NCBI GenBank assembly: GCA_965197475.1 | Contig: CBDANF010000003.1 | Coordinates: 1,472,001 to 1,536,000 of the forward strand | Source of the DNA: Candidatus Poribacteria bacterium | GTDB taxonomy: Bacteria > Poribacteria > WGA-4E > WGA-3G | Length of the DNA: 64,000 nt | Direction: 5' to 3' | Shown here: piece after piece, positions 49,501 to 59,791 of the stretch | Position numbering within the stretch: the stretch's first letter is position 1 | Layout: each line of letters opens with the position of its first letter | The notes under the pieces: generated by a model | Database searches by the model: none | Seen by the model: only the letters and a program-made list of their open reading frames with translations | What the model was told of the DNA's origin: nothing | Program-made: the position numbers and the translations under genes

Positions 49501-49803
49501 GGGGTTATCAATACCTCTCTTTCATTAGAGATGAGGAAAACGCATTGACGCATCAAATCACTTGGTCGAATGTCATAAGCGCATTCAGCGTTGATTTGCT
49601 ACCATAATAAATAAGGATAAACACGGAATTCCGTAATAGTTTTCAATTTGACATCATTTTAACTTGATTTTGAATCCAAAGTCAAGTATTATTTTAAGAT
49701 AAAGAATTCATTCCTATCCAAGTTTTACTGATTTTCAACAACTATAGTTGAGTCCGTTAGGACGTTCTAAGAGACTTTTCGTATTGTTACGGAGGTAGTT
49801 AAC

Positions 49804-50235
49804 ATGAAACAGAGACGAATGAAGATTATCGCTGCCAGTGTCATTATATTCAGTGCTTTAGTGGTATTGGTGGTTGCGGGGATTAGAAACACGGGCGTGC
49901 GACATTTTACCCCTGCTGACCTTGTTGCTAATGCCAATACAATGGACAATCAAAATGTTCAGGTTGATGGAGTCATTGCTGAGGAAAGTTCTACATGGGA
50001 TGCTGCCAATTTTAAGTTGACCTTTGCTATACAAGAACGGGAAGGCAGTGAGACAGTCAACGTTATTTACGCTAAACGTCTTAAACCGGACAACTTCACT
50101 GATGGTGGCAGCGTTTTTGTAGAAGGCAAATATAACGCGGAGAAAAACCTGATTGTCGCTTCAAAACTACAAACGAAATGTGCTTCCAAATACGAAGGCG
50201 CGGAGAGTGCTACATCTAAAAGTGTTTCCTACTAA
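49804..50235 (+). CDS. ccmE: Cytochrome c maturation heme chaperone, CxxxY variant
   Basis: N-terminal TM, PDNF..G..VFVEG, TKCASKY. Confidence 0.9.
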   Translation: MKQRRMKIIAASVIIFSALVVLVVAGIRNTGVRHFTPADLVANANTMDNQNVQVDGVIAEESSTWDAANFKLTFAIQEREGSETVNVIYAKRLKPDNFTDGGSVFVEGKYNAEKNLIVASKLQTKCASKYEGAESATSKSVSY

Positions 50236-50292
50236 TTTTGCATATCAAGAACTCGCGACACTTTGTTCCAGTGATATTATTAGAGGGTCAAT

Positions 50293-52434
50293 ATGCTCAT
50301 AGAGAAGCTTGTGGAAGGTATTCAAGGGGTGGCAGCGGAACTTGGTCAAGCCGCGATATGGCTTTCCATACTCTCTGCGATATGGGCAATTGGCGCACTC
50401 AGCATCGGATTACGGCAGAAAAAATTCAATGTAGTCCAGAGTGGCAGGAACGCCGTTATTGCGACCTTTGCTCTTATCACCGTTGCCACAACCGCATTAA
50501 TCTTTGGCTTTGTAACTGATGATTTCTCAATGAAGTATGTCGTTGAGGTATCCAGTGCAGCACAACCCCTCCTCTATAAATTTACTGCCCTCTGGGGGCG
50601 AATGTCTGGTTCACTCCTATTCTGGCTTTGGTTGCTCACTCTTGGCGGGATTATAGTTGTTTGGCAAAACAGGAAAGCAACTGATACGTTATCAGATTAC
50701 GCGCTGATTCCTATCGCCATCGTACAGCTCTTTTTCATTATCCTTGTGACCGGTTTAATTGAAGGGGTCTACAATCCCCTGGACCGATTTCCTAATGGGC
50801 AGGTGGCAGCTGACGGTCGAGGGATGAACCCACTCCTCCAGACACCCAGCATGGCATTCCATCCACCAACTCTGTATGTCGGTTGGATTAGTTTGACGGT
50901 GCCGTTTGCGTTTGCTGTGGGCGCGCTTGCGTCTGGCAAAATTGGAAGCGATTGGATACTCCGTTCTCGAAGGTGGATGCTATTTTCATGGATTATTCTC
51001 ACTATCGGCATCACCCTTGGCGGTAATTGGGCATATCGCGAACTTGGATGGGGTGGATACTGGGCATGGGACCCGGTTGAAAACGCTTCCTTTATGCCGT
51101 GGCTACTCGGCACCGCTTATCTGCACTCTGTGATGATTCAAGAGAAGCGGAATATGCTCAAAATGTGGAATATCCTCCTGATTACCTTAGCGTTCCAATT
51201 CACCCTATTAGGAACATTTATTACCCGAAGTGGAATTATAACTTCGGTGCATGCTTTCGCACAATCAGACATTGGCGGGTATTTTCTTGGGTTTATCATC
51301 GCTTCAACCGCGGGTGTGCTCGGACTTGTGGCATATCGTTGGCAACGACTCAAAAGTGCTAATCGTCTTGAATCTCTTCTCTCACGTGAAAGTGCTTTTG
51401 TCCTGAACAATTGGCTCCTTGTTGGATTAACGTTGATCATTCTTTGGGGAACATTGTGGCCTATCATCTCAGAAGCGATTCAGGGTGAAAAGACAGCTGT
51501 TCCCGAAGCGTTTTTCAATCAGGTTGTCATTATTCCAGGATTGCTGCTTCTCTTTTTAACCGGTGCCGGTCCTATTATCTCATGGAAGAAGATCACGCCT
51601 AACAATTTTCGCCGTATGTTTGTATCGCCACTTCTTATCGGTTTGGCAGCAGCAGCAGTAGCATGGATATTTCTTGCTTTCAGAGCGCACGCTGCTGCAT
51701 CTGTTACAGCAGTTGCCCCAGAGATAACTACAAATAATTTGTTTATGCAGGCATGGGAATTTCTTGTTTTCAGCGGACAGTCGATCCCTATTTACTCAGT
51801 GCTTTGTGTTTTTGCAAGTGTGTTTGTGTTCGTTGCGATCTTTAGCGAATTTTATCGCGGTGCTAAATTGCGGGCAAAACGGCAGGAGACATCTTTACTC
51901 AACGGACTGTGGCTCCTGCTCCAACGCAACAAACGCCGTTATGGCGGTTATATTGTCCATATCGGAATCGTTATTGTCTACATAGGTATTATGGGGTCCA
52001 AAGGGTATTTTTTACTCAAATCCGAAAGTCTCAAACTGGGACAATCAATGGATGTAGGTTCGTATCAACTTACGATGAAAGATTCATTTCAGGAAGAACA
52101 CGAAAACTTTCTCCGAGCGGGAGTTGTTTTCGATGTTGCAAAAAATGGGCGAAAAGAGACAACGATGAGACCTGCGCGCCACTTCTACTATAAAGCAGGA
52201 CAAGGCGATCAAGATACGATTGAGTCGGCGATCCGCCATAACGGTGTGAATGACCTCTATATCGCCCTCGGGCCTTTGCCATCAAAGATAGATGCAGACA
52301 CCGATGTAACCGTCCAGGTCTACCATAACCCCCTTATTGGAGTTGTCTGGATCGGTGTCGCCGTGATGGTGTTAGGTGGAATTATCGCGATAATTGAGAG
52401 GTCTGACCCTAAACCAAGTTCCCAAACAACATAG
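50293..52434 (+). CDS. ccmF: Cytochrome c heme lyase
   Basis: HPPTLYVG, WAYRELGWGGYWAWDPVENAS, SVHAFA. Confidence 0.96.
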   Translation: MLIEKLVEGIQGVAAELGQAAIWLSILSAIWAIGALSIGLRQKKFNVVQSGRNAVIATFALITVATTALIFGFVTDDFSMKYVVEVSSAAQPLLYKFTALWGRMSGSLLFWLWLLTLGGIIVVWQNRKATDTLSDYALIPIAIVQLFFIILVTGLIEGVYNPLDRFPNGQVAADGRGMNPLLQTPSMAFHPPTLYVGWISLTVPFAFAVGALASGKIGSDWILRSRRWMLFSWIILTIGITLGGNWAYRELGWGGYWAWDPVENASFMPWLLGTAYLHSVMIQEKRNMLKMWNILLITLAFQFTLLGTFITRSGIITSVHAFAQSDIGGYFLGFIIASTAGVLGLVAYRWQRLKSANRLESLLSRESAFVLNNWLLVGLTLIILWGTLWPIISEAIQGEKTAVPEAFFNQVVIIPGLLLLFLTGAGPIISWKKITPNNFRRMFVSPLLIGLAAAAVAWIFLAFRAHAAASVTAVAPEITTNNLFMQAWEFLVFSGQSIPIYSVLCVFASVFVFVAIFSEFYRGAKLRAKRQETSLLNGLWLLLQRNKRRYGGYIVHIGIVIVYIGIMGSKGYFLLKSESLKLGQSMDVGSYQLTMKDSFQEEHENFLRAGVVFDVAKNGRKETTMRPARHFYYKAGQGDQDTIESAIRHNGVNDLYIALGPLPSKIDADTDVTVQVYHNPLIGVVWIGVAVMVLGGIIAIIERSDPKPSSQTT

Positions 52435-52443
52435 GTGATTACA

Positions 52444-52962
52444 ATGAAAACCCTAAATTCACAGTTGGTTAAAAAGGTTTGTGCCTCTATACTGGCGATC
52501 ATTGTGCTATTTATTTTCGTCAGCACTACCTCTGCACAAGAACAGGCAGAGGACATGAGAGACGTAAAAATCATTGATTATGAATCTGAATTAGAAGAAC
52601 TGATAACCACAGTTTACTGTTACTGTGGCTGTACGCGGGAAACCATCAAGGCATGTGTATGTCCAACGGCGCAAAACGTTGAAACAGATTTCCGTAATAA
52701 ATTACTACGCGGTGACACAGTTGATGAAATTCGCACCGAGTATCTTGAAAAATGGGGACCTCAGTTTTCCGCAGTTATGAAGAATCTGATTGCTTATATA
52801 ATGCCCGCAGTTATCCTGATAGCTATTGGTGGTGTTATTTTTATTGTTCGGCATCAATCACGCGGAAACAAGTTACCATCAACACAACATGACAATCAGA
52901 TTTCTGATGAGTTGCAACAACAGGTTGAAGCGGAACTCGAAAAATATAAGGAACAAAATTAG
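52444..52962 (+). CDS. ccmH: Cytochrome c biogenesis protein CcmH-like
   Basis: Signal peptide, YCYCGC...CVC, 'DEIRTEYLEKWG', C-terminal TM; follows ccmF. Confidence 0.7.
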   Translation: MKTLNSQLVKKVCASILAIIVLFIFVSTTSAQEQAEDMRDVKIIDYESELEELITTVYCYCGCTRETIKACVCPTAQNVETDFRNKLLRGDTVDEIRTEYLEKWGPQFSAVMKNLIAYIMPAVILIAIGGVIFIVRHQSRGNKLPSTQHDNQISDELQQQVEAELEKYKEQN

Positions 52963-52971
52963 GGGATTGTA

Positions 52972-53307
52972 ATGGTTTTCCTTGTGCTTTTGTGGATTAT
53001 TCTTCTTGGAACGGCACTTTTGGTATATCTCATATTACCGCTTTTTAACAGATCGGATATCTTCCCAGAAGTTAATCCAACGGAGGCACGCATGCAAACC
53101 CTCTCTCTGGAACGCGAACAGAGTTATTCTGCATTAGTTGACCTTGATGAAGATTATGAAACGGGAAAACTTTCAAAAAAAGATTATCAAGAATTACGTG
53201 CCGCTCTCATGCAAGATACGGCTCGTATTATTAGTCAACTGGAAACCGATGCCATGACAGATGTTGAATCTGAGATTGAAAGGTATAAACAGCAGAAACG
53301 CAGATAA
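52972..53307 (+). CDS. CcmI N-terminal-like membrane protein
   Basis: TM followed by LVDLDEDYETGKLSKKDY. Confidence 0.6.
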   Translation: MVFLVLLWIILLGTALLVYLILPLFNRSDIFPEVNPTEARMQTLSLEREQSYSALVDLDEDYETGKLSKKDYQELRAALMQDTARIISQLETDAMTDVESEIERYKQQKRR

Positions 53308-54602
53308 TGAAAACACACAGTAGTCCATTATTAATCAAAAAGAGATGCCACACCTTAAAACATGTGGAAACCGTTAGGTATCTTAGTAATCTGTTAGTAA
53401 TAGTTTTCACTTTTCTGTTGTGGCTTCCTGCCACCTATTCCCAAAATGAAGTTGGTAATATTCATGGCAAACTAACTGACATAAAGTTGGACAAACCTAT
53501 CGCTAACCATCTTGTTACGCTCAATATCTATAATGCGGCGGACGTTACGCGACAGGAAACGAAAACTGATGAAAACGGAACCTATCGTTTTGAAAATCTG
53601 CCGATTGATGCCGAGACACACTATACAATCTCTACAACTTACAATAGCGTTGCGTATACAGAGAAAGATTTAGTGCTTTCTTCATTCGTGCCAAATCTCC
53701 CTGTTAACATTGAAATCACCGCTCCGACAGATGACCCATCGCAGATTCGAATAAAGTCATATACAATTGTTATCGGATTACCCCCTGAAGACCATGCAAC
53801 AGATGGTGCCGTGACGGTTATTGAGGCTTTAGATGTTGAAAACCTGAGTAACTCACCGTTCCAAACCACTCGCGAAAATAAAGTCGTTGGGTTCAATCTC
53901 GATCTTCCGAAAGGGTATGAGGCGTTTCACCCCCATGTACCTACGTCCCTAAAACGCAGTTCTACCGGCAATCGTATCGTTCTCTCGGATCCGTTACCTC
54001 CCGGGCCGACACAAGTAGGATACAGGTACATCTTTCATGCTAATAAGAACAAACTTGATTTATCTCGGCGGCTGCATTTTCGTGCGGATCAGATCTCTAT
54101 CCTTATTCCAGCAGGTATCAACTTGGCTCCACATTCAAAGTATTTTAAGACGACTGACTATGAAGTGATTAACAATGTGGTTTACAAAGTTTACCCAGCA
54201 GCCCCGGCCAGTGGATTCTCAGCAGGCAAAACAGTGAGTTTAAAATTGGGGATACCTAAGCAAAAATTTAATATCGGACAGGTGGTATTTATTGCGATTG
54301 CTGCCTCTTTGGCAGGTGGATTTCTTGCCGCAGCGATTTTTATGCTCCGAGCGAGGCATCGTACCCCTGTTGAATCCGACGCCTCACAGGCAGTAACATT
54401 TGATTCGGGTTGGCTCCGTAAACTTAGAGATGCTGACCTTGAGCACGCCCGTACCACACGGCTTGAATTTATAACCCTGCTTGATAAGGCACACGAAAAA
54501 CAGGAGATTTCGGAACGGGTTTACAACCGATTACGTAAGGAACAGACCGAGCGGCTCACTGAGATAATTAACCAACGCCAAGAACGAGGATTAGATAACT
54601 GA
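53307..54602 (+). CDS. Membrane protein with a carboxypeptidase-regulatory-like (SdrD B-type) domain, ccm-associated
   Basis: GNIHGKL...KTDENGTYRFENL; TM; C-terminal LDKAHEKQEISERVY. Confidence 0.65.
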   Translation: MKTHSSPLLIKKRCHTLKHVETVRYLSNLLVIVFTFLLWLPATYSQNEVGNIHGKLTDIKLDKPIANHLVTLNIYNAADVTRQETKTDENGTYRFENLPIDAETHYTISTTYNSVAYTEKDLVLSSFVPNLPVNIEITAPTDDPSQIRIKSYTIVIGLPPEDHATDGAVTVIEALDVENLSNSPFQTTRENKVVGFNLDLPKGYEAFHPHVPTSLKRSSTGNRIVLSDPLPPGPTQVGYRYIFHANKNKLDLSRRLHFRADQISILIPAGINLAPHSKYFKTTDYEVINNVVYKVYPAAPASGFSAGKTVSLKLGIPKQKFNIGQVVFIAIAASLAGGFLAAAIFMLRARHRTPVESDASQAVTFDSGWLRKLRDADLEHARTTRLEFITLLDKAHEKQEISERVYNRLRKEQTERLTEIINQRQERGLDN

Positions 54603-54809
54603 AGGGTGTGCATAAAAAACCGATTTAAATGTGCGCTTAAAAGTAGTAGGCACACCCCACCAAATACCATACGCGCATTCTGCGTTAATTTGGCGCGCCA
54701 TAACCAAGTCCAAAGAGGCGCGTAAATTTGCGCGACTACAAACGCCGCAAATCTAAAGAAAATGTAATGTATAGGTATTTTAGATTTGACTATAAAAGGA
54801 TTTTATAGG

Positions 54810-55415
54810 ATGAGTAATGAACAATGTATCGCTGACTTGATTGAGGATTTCTCGGAGCTTGACGATGATGTGCGTGATGCTGCGAAGGCAGAGTTGATTG
54901 CTATCGGTGAACCCGCAATACCACAACTCATTGAGGCACTTGCCGATAATTTATGGGATATCGCTGATCAAGCCGCCGATGTCTTAGCAGCAATCGGTGA
55001 ACCCACAATACCTGCACTCATGGAAGAGATGGAGATTGCCGAAAGACATCAAGGTTTCGCTCTCAGCAGTACATTTACTCGTATAGGTGAGCCGGCAATA
55101 CCTGCTTTGGTTGAAGCATTAAATAACAAACTGAATGAAGAGCTTCGAGAATATGCCGTTCGCGCGCTCAGTGGAATGGGCGTTGCCGCAATTAGCGCAA
55201 TACCCGCACTTATTCAAGCTTTGAGCGATCCCGCGGACGAGGTTCGAACTTATACAGCCTACGCACTCGCTAAAATGGAGGAAGCAGCAGCGGATGCTGT
55301 GCCTGCTCTCATCAAAGCTCTTGAAGATGATTCTGAACGCGTTCAACACCATGTGGCATTTGCATTAGACAAAATTGGGACCCCAGAGGCACAGGAAGCA
55401 CTTAGATCTCTGTAG
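54810..55415 (+). CDS. HEAT/PBS-lyase repeat protein
   Basis: Repeats IGEPAIP.LIEAL, VR...A.AL. Confidence 0.9.
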   Translation: MSNEQCIADLIEDFSELDDDVRDAAKAELIAIGEPAIPQLIEALADNLWDIADQAADVLAAIGEPTIPALMEEMEIAERHQGFALSSTFTRIGEPAIPALVEALNNKLNEELREYAVRALSGMGVAAISAIPALIQALSDPADEVRTYTAYALAKMEEAAADAVPALIKALEDDSERVQHHVAFALDKIGTPEAQEALRSL

Positions 55416-55430
55416 GAGAAGGAGATAGTC

Positions 55431-56270
55431 ATGGCTGAAGCAAGACAAAAACTTGATGATATAAGAATGGAAGAAACTCATCGAAAACGTGCCAATGAAC
55501 TTGATGGTAAAACGTGGTTGCGATATTCAGTATCAGTATGGAGTGATATTAGAAAAACAAAGGAAGAAACTGCGCTAAAACACCCCGCAATGTTTCCCAT
55601 TGCACTCGCGTGTCGTCTTATTGAATGTTTTACAAATTCTGATGCTTCTTTAATATTGGATCCCTTCGCTGGAGTTGGTTCTACATTACTCGCTGCTAAG
55701 GAGTCGGGCAAAGATGCTATCGGATTAGAGATTTCTCCTGAATTCGTCCAGATTGCCGAAGGTCGCCTAAGTCAAATGAACCTGTTTGGAGAGGAGACTG
55801 AGATAAAAATTCATACTGCCGATAGTCGTGAACTTTATCGGTATATTTCCCCAAACAGTGTGGATATGGTAGTAACATCACCTCCGTATTGGGATATTCT
55901 GTTGCAAAAAAGGACTGCTGATAATAAAGAGCAGCGGGATTATGGGGATACAGTGGCAGACTTAGGAAAAATTCGAGATTATGAGAAATTCTTATTAGAA
56001 CTTCGCAAAATTTTTGAGCAAGTCTATGGTGTGATGAAGCCCGAAAGTTATTGTTGTGTTATCGTCATGGATTTGCGAAAAAAGAACCGGTTTTATCCCT
56101 ATCATATTGACATTTCTCAGTTGATGGTGGATATCGGTTTTAATTTCGATGACACTATTATATGGAACCGAGCACAAGAATATAACAACTTGCGGCCGTT
56201 AGGCTATCCGAGTGTCTTCCGTGTTAATAAAGTCCATGAGTTTATTTTGATTTTCCAAAAGCCCGCATAA
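55431..56270 (+). CDS. Amino DNA methyltransferase, alpha order (probably N4-cytosine)
   Basis: HPAMFP, DPFAGVGST preceding TSPPY. Confidence 0.9.
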   Translation: MAEARQKLDDIRMEETHRKRANELDGKTWLRYSVSVWSDIRKTKEETALKHPAMFPIALACRLIECFTNSDASLILDPFAGVGSTLLAAKESGKDAIGLEISPEFVQIAEGRLSQMNLFGEETEIKIHTADSRELYRYISPNSVDMVVTSPPYWDILLQKRTADNKEQRDYGDTVADLGKIRDYEKFLLELRKIFEQVYGVMKPESYCCVIVMDLRKKNRFYPYHIDISQLMVDIGFNFDDTIIWNRAQEYNNLRPLGYPSVFRVNKVHEFILIFQKPA

Positions 56271-56302
56271 GCATTCACATTTTGTAGGCATGGACATATC
56301 CA

Positions 56303-57262
56303 ATGAGTTTAATCGAAGTAATAGACTATATTGACGCGGATGTTGCCTATCTGTTAGGTATGATTACGGCACGAGGTAGAATCTCTGAAAGTGGAGGCGT
56401 TAAGCAAATTATTGAGTTTCCTTATCATGCACTTAGAGTTGATGGTGTCTCTGGCACTTTTGACACTGATACGTCTATACGGTTGGGTTTGCAACAGATA
56501 CAAGAACGGGTTTTTGAGTTAACTGGAGCGGATGTCAGTATTGTTAGTGGTGAGAATAATGTTGCCCTCGTGTTACGTTTTCTTAGAAATACGATGGTGT
56601 GGCGAAATATTTTGATGCATACACAGGAACGCACGGGGTATGAATATTTTGGAGTTCCAGAGATATTTTTTTCTTCATCTGTTCCTAAGGATTGGAAACG
56701 GGAATATCTCAGGGGTTTTGCCGATGTTGCTGGAAATGTCAGGCGTGCAAATCGTTATATAGATAAATCAAACCGCGTTCGACTTGATGTATTAAACTAT
56801 CCTACAAACTGGGACATGCCGGTTCAACTCTGTACTCTTCTGGAAGAGCATTTAACGATTCCCGTTCAGTTAATCACTTGGGGACATCCCAATTTGGGAC
56901 GGGATTTTCGTGAACATCAAATCAATATCTTTGCTGTTCCATTTGGAAATATCGGTTTTTCATTGCCACACAAGCAAAATATTTTGGAAGAATTTATTGA
57001 GCAGGACAAGAAAAATCATCCTCAGAAAACTTACAGTCCCTGTCTTGGCAGACGAAAGTTAAGAAAAGGAAAACGAAAATCGAAGGACGATAGAGAAAAT
57101 TCCGAAAAACTTGATGATCGGTTAAATGACAAACATTTCAACGCGTACCGGCAAATTTGCAAAAAGTTAGGGTGTCCGCGCACACCGAAAATTCTCCAAC
57201 AAGGAGATTGGAGGGTTGACGCACAGGACGCATTAGAGGAAGTAACAGAGGATAAAGTATAA
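56303..57262 (+). CDS. Protein with two degenerate LAGLIDADG-like motifs
   Basis: AYLLGMITARG and EYLRGFADVAG, about 120 aa apart. Confidence 0.55.
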   Translation: MSLIEVIDYIDADVAYLLGMITARGRISESGGVKQIIEFPYHALRVDGVSGTFDTDTSIRLGLQQIQERVFELTGADVSIVSGENNVALVLRFLRNTMVWRNILMHTQERTGYEYFGVPEIFFSSSVPKDWKREYLRGFADVAGNVRRANRYIDKSNRVRLDVLNYPTNWDMPVQLCTLLEEHLTIPVQLITWGHPNLGRDFREHQINIFAVPFGNIGFSLPHKQNILEEFIEQDKKNHPQKTYSPCLGRRKLRKGKRKSKDDRENSEKLDDRLNDKHFNAYRQICKKLGCPRTPKILQQGDWRVDAQDALEEVTEDKV

Positions 57263-57275
57263 ATCCGAAAAGGAT

Positions 57276-57761
57276 ATGTACCCTAATGTTTGTGAGTGGT
57301 TAGCGGATTTTCTAAAGGACCGCTTCAAAAAAGCACATGTTGAGGTCTATGAACTTTCTCAAAAGCCAATTTCCCGTTTTCTCAGAACATATAACCGAGG
57401 TAACTTTCCCGCAGAATGGGTCACATGGAACATCAAGGTTGATGTTGTTGGATTTGTGCACCGTTCAAACAAACCAACCTCAATGGCTTTTGTGGAATGC
57501 AAAAATACCAAACTTACAATGGCACACCTTTCGCAACTCTTGGGCTACAGCCGCATTGCACAACCCCTTTATTCATTTCTGATTTCTCCTATAGGTTTTT
57601 CTCCAACGCTTGTCTCTTTGCTTCAAGAATATCGGAGACAGGATGTGTTGGAATATCAGTGGGAAACTGGGAGAATACCACGGAAAATTGTCTTAGCACA
57701 GTGGGATATGGCTACAGCTAATCTGAATAGACATACTATGATAGGAGGAATAGGGGTATAA
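57276..57761 (+). CDS. Small PD-(D/E)XK nuclease
   Basis: KVDVVG...FVECK...SQLLGY. Confidence 0.7.
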   Translation: MYPNVCEWLADFLKDRFKKAHVEVYELSQKPISRFLRTYNRGNFPAEWVTWNIKVDVVGFVHRSNKPTSMAFVECKNTKLTMAHLSQLLGYSRIAQPLYSFLISPIGFSPTLVSLLQEYRRQDVLEYQWETGRIPRKIVLAQWDMATANLNRHTMIGGIGV

Positions 57762-57827
57762 AACCTGATATTTCTGAATGTAGATACAAAGTAAACATTA
57801 TGGTAAATTGTTGGATTAAATAAAAAC

Positions 57828-57856
57828 TTGAAAACAATATGTAAATATGATATAAT
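57828..57856 (+). promoter_or_regulatory. Sigma70 promoter for korAB
   Basis: TTGAAA-17 bp-TATAAT with extended TG. Confidence 0.65.
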
Positions 57857-57979
57857 TAGAAAAAGTGGAATACAAGGATTGTTATAAAGGAAATTTCACG
57901 AACCTCATTCAAGAAAACGCGAATTAATAAAAATAATTAACAGTCGAACGAATTTGCTTACAATTAGAAAGGAGCCAAG

Positions 57980-59773
57980 ATGGCAAAGTACGATTTTGTA
58001 GTCGCCATAGGTGGGGCACCGGGGCAAGGTATAGCTACAGCAGGAAAAAACTTGAGTCAACTCTGTGCTCAGCACGGTCTCCATGTTTTTGCTTATAGTG
58101 CTTACCAATCCCTCATCCGTGGCGGTCATACCTTCCTTACTATCAGAATTAGTTCTGAACCTGTCTCAAACCACGGCGACAAGATTGACCTTATCATTGC
58201 TCTTGATCGTAACAGTTTAGAAAAACATGTGCCGCATGTCAGACCCGGCGGTGCAATTATATATAACAGTAATGATGTAAAAAAACAGGCACCAGAACGA
58301 GACGATATCCAGTTGTGTCCTATTCCTTATAAAGAATACTCCAGCGTAATTGAAGATAGAAAGTTACAGAGAGCATGTCTGAATACGTGTCTGCTTGGTG
58401 CTGCTTTGGCACTCGTGGGTGCAGATTTAACGATGCTTGAGGAGATAATAACCGCTGCGCTTCTCAAAAAAGGACAGGAAGTTGTGGATGCCAACATCTC
58501 GGTGGCGACTGCAGGTTATGAGCACGCTATCCAGCACTTCACGCAATTTGATACCAAGTTTGAGAAACACGGACCTCCACTTGCTTTCGGTCAAGGCAAT
58601 TCTCTTATGGCAATGGGTGGTGCAGCAGCAGGTGTAAAATTTTATTGTGCCTACCCAATGAGTCCCTCAACCGGTGTTCTACATTGGATGGCGAGAAACG
58701 CTCGTGATCTCAATATTATGGTCCGTCAATGTGAAGACGAAATCAGTGTTGTCAACATGGTAATCGGTGCAGCACATGCTGGATGCCGTGCGATGTGTGC
58801 AACATCTGGTGGTGGATTTGCACTCATGTCAGAAGCAATCGGGAGTGCTGGTATGATGGAAATTCCGATTGTTGTCATTAATGTTCAACGTGGGGGGCCT
58901 TCTACAGGTTTGCCAACGAAAACTGAACAGGGTGATCTATGGCAGATACTTGGGGCAAGTCAAGGTGACTTTCCCAAAATCGTTGTCGCGCCTACCAGTA
59001 TTATTGATGGGTTTAATACTATCCCTGAACTTTTCAATCTCGTTGATAAATTCCAGTGTCCCGGTATGGTTCTCTCAGATCTTATGCTCGGCGAAGGTTA
59101 TACTACATTTGAGCCAGATTCTATCAATTGGCAACCAGAAATTGACCGTGGCGAGATGATAACTGAACTTGGACAAACAGATGGAGAATACCTGCGTTAC
59201 CAGATTACCGACAGTGGAATTTCACCACGGGCAATCCCAGGCACAGCTGATCATGTGCACGTCGTCGCTACCGATGACCATGATCAAGATGGCGGACTAA
59301 TTAGTGATGAATTTACGGACCCGCATAAACGACGTGACATCATGGAAAAACGGCAACGGAAAATGGACGGTATCGTTGAACTGCTCCCACCCCCAACGCT
59401 TGAAGGACCTGAAGATGCAGAAGTCACGCTCATTGGATGGGGGTCTACACACGGTGTCATTAGTGAAGCAGCACAAATGTTGAATGAAGATGGTATTAAG
59501 ACTAACCATATCCAATTCAAATGGCTCTATCCGATGGACGAAGATGCTGTAAATGAAGTGTTGGCAAATTCAGGACACGCTATTATTGTTGAGTGCAACT
59601 ACACAGGCCAGTTCGCTCGGTTCTTGCGGGGCGAAACAGGCTTTAAGGCAGATGGACACATCCGCAAGTATGATGGTGAACCGTTTATGCCACACCACAT
59701 CGTTGACGGAGCCCGTGAACTATTAATCGATAAAACTGAACTCTACGTCCCATACCAGGAAATTGTTGTCTAA
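57980..59773 (+). CDS. korA: 2-oxoacid:ferredoxin oxidoreductase alpha subunit (fused gamma domain)
   Basis: GGAPGQG, YQSLIRGG, AYPMSPST, ATSGGG, QRGGPSTGLPT. Confidence 0.92.
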   Translation: MAKYDFVVAIGGAPGQGIATAGKNLSQLCAQHGLHVFAYSAYQSLIRGGHTFLTIRISSEPVSNHGDKIDLIIALDRNSLEKHVPHVRPGGAIIYNSNDVKKQAPERDDIQLCPIPYKEYSSVIEDRKLQRACLNTCLLGAALALVGADLTMLEEIITAALLKKGQEVVDANISVATAGYEHAIQHFTQFDTKFEKHGPPLAFGQGNSLMAMGGAAAGVKFYCAYPMSPSTGVLHWMARNARDLNIMVRQCEDEISVVNMVIGAAHAGCRAMCATSGGGFALMSEAIGSAGMMEIPIVVINVQRGGPSTGLPTKTEQGDLWQILGASQGDFPKIVVAPTSIIDGFNTIPELFNLVDKFQCPGMVLSDLMLGEGYTTFEPDSINWQPEIDRGEMITELGQTDGEYLRYQITDSGISPRAIPGTADHVHVVATDDHDQDGGLISDEFTDPHKRRDIMEKRQRKMDGIVELLPPPTLEGPEDAEVTLIGWGSTHGVISEAAQMLNEDGIKTNHIQFKWLYPMDEDAVNEVLANSGHAIIVECNYTGQFARFLRGETGFKADGHIRKYDGEPFMPHHIVDGARELLIDKTELYVPYQEIVV

Positions 59774-59791
59774 CAATGGAGGATGAATCAA

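Noticed and set aside
56303-57262. Intein or active homing endonuclease
   Set aside because: No splicing motifs or host gene, and the catalytic acidic residues are absent
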